Shown one piece after another: positions 62,701-64,000 of a stretch of 64,000 bases of DNA. Under the pieces are notes generated by a model. It was not told the origin of the DNA, ran no database searches, and saw only the letters and a program-made list of their open reading frames with translations. The stretch spans positions 2,542,001 through 2,606,000 of the forward strand of contig CM022673.1 in the NCBI GenBank assembly GCA_012295275.1, written 5' to 3'. This DNA is from Chrysomallon squamiferum. Lineage: Eukaryota; Animalia; Mollusca. Within the stretch, counting starts at the first letter, position 1. Every line of letters begins with the position of its first letter. The position numbers were made by a program, and so were the translations under genes.

Positions 62701-63166
62701 TCATTATTATTATTATTTATATCATCATCATTATATTATTATTATAATTATCATCATATTATCATTATTATTATCATCATCATCATTATCATTATCATTA
62801 TTATCATCATCATTATTATTATTATCATCATCATCATCATCATCATCATTATTATTATTATTGTCATTATTATTATTATTATCATTATCATTATTACCAT
62901 TATTATTATTATTGTTATTGTTATTATTATTGTTATTATTACTATTGTTATTGTTGTTATTACTGAAGGATCGTGTGACAAATATCCCGGCTGAAGAAGA
63001 GAAGCTGAACAATCTGGAGACAGCCGCTCTTGTCCAGCAGCTCTCCACGAACTGCTGCAGCCGAGACGAGAGCAAACACATCACCAAAAACATTTTCAAA
63101 AACAACGTCCGATACACTCCAGACTCGACAGCCCGTAGTATTCCATACGCCCCAGTGGACACGTGA
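5268..63166 (+). CDS. LRP4: Low-density lipoprotein receptor-related protein 4 (LRP4/MEGF7) orthologue; complete 37-exon gene, 1835 aa
   Basis: Domain order SP-8xLDLa-2xEGF-4x(YWTD propeller+EGF)-TM-NPSY is diagnostic of LRP4 (LRP5/6 place propellers first; LDLR/VLDLR have one propeller). It has an 8-Cys LA1 and LTYANPSY. All 36 introns are GT-AG and phases join to 5508 nt. Confidence 0.96.
10520..10615 (+). repeat. Dispersed repeat copy A (partner at 19948-20048)
   Basis: agtatatgttaga...tttggaaa...ttggtgaaaattagact(t)ccttttagcagaagg is shared by both copies. Confidence 0.75.
17512..17652 (+). CDS. LRP4: LRP4 exon 2, LDL-A repeat 1 (8-Cys type)
   Basis: [47 protein letters not shown]; ttcag/gtaag. 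Confidence 0.93.
18140..18175. repeat. (CTGAC)n pentanucleotide repeat
   Basis: ctgacctgacctgatctgacctgacccgacctgac. Confidence 0.8.
19948..20048 (+). repeat. Dispersed repeat copy B (partner at 10520-10615)
   Basis: Same ~65-bp core as 10551-10615, same orientation. Confidence 0.75.
25317..25430 (+). mobile_element. Degenerate tRNA-derived SINE-like fragment
   Basis: ttcagtgattag...caggatc...gctgtttccca resembles 57228-57325. Confidence 0.4.
29354..29473 (+). CDS. LRP4: LRP4 exon 3, LDL-A 2
   Basis: [39 protein letters not shown]; aag/gtaag. Confidence 0.95.
34141..34210 (-). mobile_element. Degenerate tRNA-derived SINE head (reverse orientation)
   Basis: Minus strand reads TGGCTTAATGG (A-box-like) ... 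caGGATCAATC (B-box-like). Confidence 0.4.
34294..34665. repeat. 30-bp minisatellite (TTTGAAACTGAAGGTACTTGGTTTGAGTGA)n decaying into ~21-bp units
   Basis: About 8-9 near-perfect 30-bp units followed by degenerate shorter units. Confidence 0.92.
37246..37470. repeat. Degenerate tandem repeat, ~75-80 bp x3
   Basis: gatacctgagtgatgtgtttatgatt...tttatgaccacacttcacaa recurs at ~37250, ~37325 and ~37405. Confidence 0.75.
38180..38293 (+). CDS. LRP4: LRP4 exon 4, LDL-A 3
   Basis: [38 protein letters not shown]; poly-T tag/gtaag. Confidence 0.95.
38975..39091 (+). CDS. LRP4: LRP4 exon 5, LDL-A 4
   Basis: [38 protein letters not shown]; tag/gtaag. Confidence 0.95.
39825..40122. repeat. Degenerate ~40-bp tandem repeat
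   Basis: Recurrent agtc(c/t)ttaaagactgcagtaatgtattttagtcc. Confidence 0.8.
41610..41735 (+). CDS. LRP4: LRP4 exon 6, LDL-A 5
   Basis: [42 protein letters not shown]; cag/gtatg. Confidence 0.94.
42015..42313. mobile_element. Non-autonomous hAT-type DNA transposon (MITE), 299 bp
   Basis: TIRs CAGGGATTCCCAAAC (42015-42029) and GTTTGGGAACTGCTT (42299-42313), 11/15 match; 8-bp TSD GTGTAGAG (42007-42014) / GTGCAGAG (42314-42321). Confidence 0.72.
42404..42520 (+). CDS. LRP4: LRP4 exon 7, LDL-A 6
   Basis: [38 protein letters not shown]; tag/gtaag. Confidence 0.95.
43014..43130 (+). CDS. LRP4: LRP4 exon 8, LDL-A 7
   Basis: [38 protein letters not shown]; cag/gtaag. Confidence 0.95.
43270..43600. 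repeat. Tandem duplication, ~145 bp x ~2.3, in LRP4 intron 8
   Basis: tacaatg...ttttcacaaatt...tttaaccagagttatttaattatca...tgtactttattgtatgttct is repeated. Confidence 0.85.
44462..44578 (+). CDS. LRP4: LRP4 exon 9, LDL-A 8
   Basis: [38 protein letters not shown]; cag/gtaag. Confidence 0.95.
45143..45268 (+). CDS. LRP4: LRP4 exon 10, EGF-like 1
   Basis: [41 protein letters not shown]; cag/gtatt. Confidence 0.94.
45825..45950 (+). CDS. LRP4: LRP4 exon 11, calcium-binding EGF 2
   Basis: [42 protein letters not shown]; cag/gtttg. Confidence 0.94.
46483..46713 (+). CDS. LRP4: LRP4 exon 12, start of propeller 1
   Basis: [15 protein letters not shown]...VFWSDITLD...GLQSP; cag/gtaag. Confidence 0.94.
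47141..47297 (+). CDS. LRP4: LRP4 exon 13, propeller 1
   Basis: [23 protein letters not shown]...[11 protein letters not shown]; cag/gtaag. Confidence 0.95.
47575..47792 (+). CDS. LRP4: LRP4 exon 14, propeller 1
   Basis: [15 protein letters not shown]...WPNGLTIDY...[12 protein letters not shown]; cag/gtacc. Confidence 0.95.
48045..48628 (+). repeat. ~80-bp tandem array whose unit contains the exon 15 splice acceptor
   Basis: Units of (a)tctctaggtctt(a/c)ctcaccc... at ~48051, 48141, 48211, 48291, 48375, 48443, 48527 and the real junction at 48601. Confidence 0.85.
48609..48908 (+). CDS. LRP4: LRP4 exon 15, end of propeller 1 plus EGF
   Basis: [19 protein letters not shown]...[13 protein letters not shown]...CACPTG; tag/gtgaa. 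Confidence 0.95.
49304..49515 (+). CDS. LRP4: LRP4 exon 16, start of propeller 2
   Basis: [16 protein letters not shown]...IFWTDVGSD...WDGTDEE; cag/gtaaa. Confidence 0.94.
50039..50226 (+). CDS. LRP4: LRP4 exon 17, propeller 2
   Basis: [26 protein letters not shown]...[11 protein letters not shown]; cag/gtacg. Confidence 0.95.
50708..50909 (+). CDS. LRP4: LRP4 exon 18, propeller 2
   Basis: [14 protein letters not shown]...WPNGLAIDY...LYWTD...DRK; cag/gtagg. Confidence 0.95.
51345..51665. repeat. Degenerate ~80-95 bp tandem repeat x4 in LRP4 intron 18
   Basis: Recurrent taacctttgttctt...ttttaaataatattttttcaaac. Confidence 0.65.
51707..51896 (+). CDS. LRP4: LRP4 exon 19, end of propeller 2
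   Basis: [15 protein letters not shown]...MYWTDW...[12 protein letters not shown]; cag/gttag. Confidence 0.94.
51869..52085 (+). repeat. 132-bp-offset duplication of the exon 19 3' end plus donor
   Basis: gtctttcatcgcaacagagaatatg|gttagtgattcacaaaatatttat at 51872 and again at 52004. Confidence 0.9.
52511..52642 (+). CDS. LRP4: LRP4 exon 20, EGF
   Basis: [43 protein letters not shown]; tag/gtagg. Confidence 0.95.
53083..53220 (+). CDS. LRP4: LRP4 exon 21, start of propeller 3
   Basis: [28 protein letters not shown]...[10 protein letters not shown]; cag/gtttg. Confidence 0.93.
53441..53496 (+). pseudogene. Displaced copy of the exon 16 acceptor and first 50 nt (pseudo-exon) in intron 21
   Basis: 50/56 identity by manual alignment to 49298-49353. 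Confidence 0.85.
53552..53810 (+). CDS. LRP4: LRP4 exon 22, propeller 3
   Basis: KMYWTD...[16 protein letters not shown]...[11 protein letters not shown]; cag/gtaaa. Confidence 0.95.
54140..54302 (+). CDS. LRP4: LRP4 exon 23, propeller 3
   Basis: [15 protein letters not shown]...WPNGLTID...WADAKTE; cag/gtaaa. Confidence 0.95.
54893..55112 (+). CDS. LRP4: LRP4 exon 24, end of propeller 3
   Basis: LIECADLHG...HPYGLT...IYWTDW...[10 protein letters not shown]; cag/gttgt. Confidence 0.93.
55671..55817 (+). CDS. LRP4: LRP4 exon 25, EGF
   Basis: [41 protein letters not shown]; tag/gtgag. Confidence 0.94.
56738..56915 (+). CDS. LRP4: LRP4 exon 26, start of propeller 4
   Basis: [26 protein letters not shown]...[11 protein letters not shown]; cag/gtaat. 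Confidence 0.95.
57228..57325 (+). mobile_element. Degenerate tRNA-derived SINE-like fragment
   Basis: A-box TGGCTCAGTGG (57233-57243), B-box-like GGATCTACTC, then gctgtttccca shared with the 25317 copy. Confidence 0.45.
57476..57588 (+). CDS. LRP4: LRP4 exon 27, propeller 4
   Basis: [13 protein letters not shown]...[17 protein letters not shown]; cag/gtact. Confidence 0.95.
57934..58039 (+). CDS. LRP4: LRP4 exon 28, propeller 4
   Basis: [34 protein letters not shown]; cag/gtgag. Confidence 0.95.
58397..58491 (+). CDS. LRP4: LRP4 exon 29, propeller 4
   Basis: [31 protein letters not shown]; cag/gtaaa. Confidence 0.95.
58827..58975 (+). CDS. LRP4: LRP4 exon 30, propeller 4
   Basis: [24 protein letters not shown]...HPFGLTV; cag/gtgag. 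Confidence 0.95.
59399..59543 (+). CDS. LRP4: LRP4 exon 31, end of propeller 4
   Basis: [20 protein letters not shown]...[13 protein letters not shown]; cag/gtgtg. Confidence 0.94.
59705..59758. repeat. (GA)n microsatellite
   Basis: Directly visible. Many (CA/TG)n, (TTA)n, (TTTA)n and poly-A/T tracts occur elsewhere, e.g. 11150, 16265, 24540, 35360, 44620, 59145. Confidence 0.9.
59898..60011 (+). CDS. LRP4: LRP4 exon 32, last EGF
   Basis: [37 protein letters not shown]; cag/gtgag. Confidence 0.94.
60469..60550 (+). CDS. LRP4: LRP4 exon 33, juxtamembrane stalk
   Basis: [27 protein letters not shown]; cag/gtgagt; phase 1 in, 2 out, fitting both neighbours. Confidence 0.78.
61232..61299 (+). 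CDS. LRP4: LRP4 exon 34, stalk with Cys pair
   Basis: [22 protein letters not shown]; cag/gtaag; phases fit. Confidence 0.82.
61592..61682 (+). CDS. LRP4: LRP4 exon 35, transmembrane helix
   Basis: [29 protein letters not shown]; cag/gtaag. Confidence 0.9.
62034..62178 (+). CDS. LRP4: LRP4 exon 36, cytoplasmic tail with NPxY
   Basis: [27 protein letters not shown]...YIKKD; cag/gtaag. Confidence 0.92.
62630..62962. repeat. Compound (ATT/ATC/GTT)n trinucleotide microsatellite
   Basis: Over 300 bp of trinucleotide repeats abutting the terminal exon acceptor; source of the poly-I/L/N pseudo-ORFs. Confidence 0.92.
62969..63166 (+). CDS. LRP4: LRP4 exon 37, terminal coding exon
   Basis: [13 protein letters not shown]...IPYAPVDT*; aag acceptor after a microsatellite; phase 0 matches; coding-like GC-rich composition. 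Confidence 0.82.
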   Translation, partial: DRVTNIPAEEEKLNNLETAALVQQLSTNCCSRDESKHITKNIFKNNVRYTPDSTARSIPYAPVDT

Positions 63167-63511
63167 CCGTGTCTGTGTGTGTGTGTGCGTGTGCGTGCGT
63201 GACGGCAAAGTTATTCTGTGATATACATATATATATATTATATATACACATACATATATACATATATGGTGCAGTACTGCAGTGCTAACACAGAATATGG
63301 TGTTTTTACGATTTAAAAAAAAAAAGAAAGAAGAAGAAAAAAGAAAGGAAAAAAAGGTCAATCTACAGAGAAATTGAAGAAAACATCTGTTTGTGAATGA
63401 ATAACAGTATTGTACCCTCTGCATTGAAACAAGCGAGTTACTGTTCAGATTACATTTTAAACAGTTCTTTGTCTAGAATGATCAGAGGAGTGTTAAAATG
63501 ATAAAAGGAAC

Positions 63512-63546
<35 letters not shown>

Positions 63547-64000
63547 AAAGACAGATGAGTAATCATGATTCTGTTTTCTCCTAGCATTTTATATGTGTGA
63601 ATAATTAGGTATCTACAGGTGGTACAGAAAGTCACGTTTTGCATTATACACAGGGAAGAGCTGAAAATGGTGTCAGTGGTTACTTTCTGTATTATATACA
63701 CAACAGTGTAAAGCAGAATGGAGCTGGACTGCTAACTGTCCACCACATCTTATTCTACCAGGAACTGTGATGTTGAACAGGATATTATAATAATAATAAT
63801 GGCATGTGTAAAGATGTACAGGCTAGAAAAGGCAGAGTGTGGAGATACAGACTGCCGTGTACTGAAGTAGAAAACTTTGATGTCATGGATTAGGACAAAC
63901 CAGTGCATAAAACACTACGGTTGTGGAAGAAGAAAACAGGAATGTTTTGAAATATGGAGTACTAATGTCTTGAAAACTTGTCTTTACTGTCAGGGATGAA

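Noticed and set aside
62492-63166. Long ORFs (224, 113, 143 aa) rich in L/I/N/D
   Set aside because: These are translations of a trinucleotide microsatellite; only 62969-63166 is plausibly coding.
5268-63166. Alternative identity as LRP5/6, LRP1/2, VLDLR or vitellogenin receptor
   Set aside because: Eight N-terminal LA repeats followed by four propellers, one NPSY and no PPPSP motifs fit only LRP4.
63600-64000. Possible exon of a neighbouring gene at the right edge
   Set aside because: There is no recognisable ORF or splice pattern. It is more likely LRP4 3'UTR, as no AATAAA is seen before the window end.

Overview
AT-rich, microsatellite- and homopolymer-rich animal genomic DNA with spliceosomal GT-AG introns. 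An invertebrate, possibly a mollusc, is an inference. Two genes lie head-to-head. On the + strand is a complete 37-exon LRP4 (MEGF7) orthologue, CDS 5268-63166, 5508 nt spliced, 1835 aa. Its domains are signal peptide, 8 LDL-A repeats, 2 EGF, 4 YWTD beta-propeller/EGF units, TM helix and a tail with NPSY. On the - strand are 8 coding exons of a CSTPP1/C11orf49 (UPF0705) orthologue, from the ATG at 3940 down to 108, probably continuing off the left edge. All exon phases were checked by hand and join in frame. The same divergent gene pair exists at human 11p11.2, suggesting ancient microsynteny around a CpG/ETS-rich bidirectional promoter (~4950-5270). The most unusual sequence feature is a recurring set of duplications centred on splice sites: a 7-copy decoy acceptor array, a duplicated donor that could create an in-frame 48-nt cassette exon, a copy of an exon start displaced by 4 kb, and a duplicated CSTPP1 acceptor. 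Introns also hold a hAT-type MITE, degenerate tRNA-SINE fragments, minisatellites and candidate enhancer islands. Most ORF-track entries are spurious low-complexity frames. No prokaryotic systems, CRISPR arrays or RNA genes were seen.
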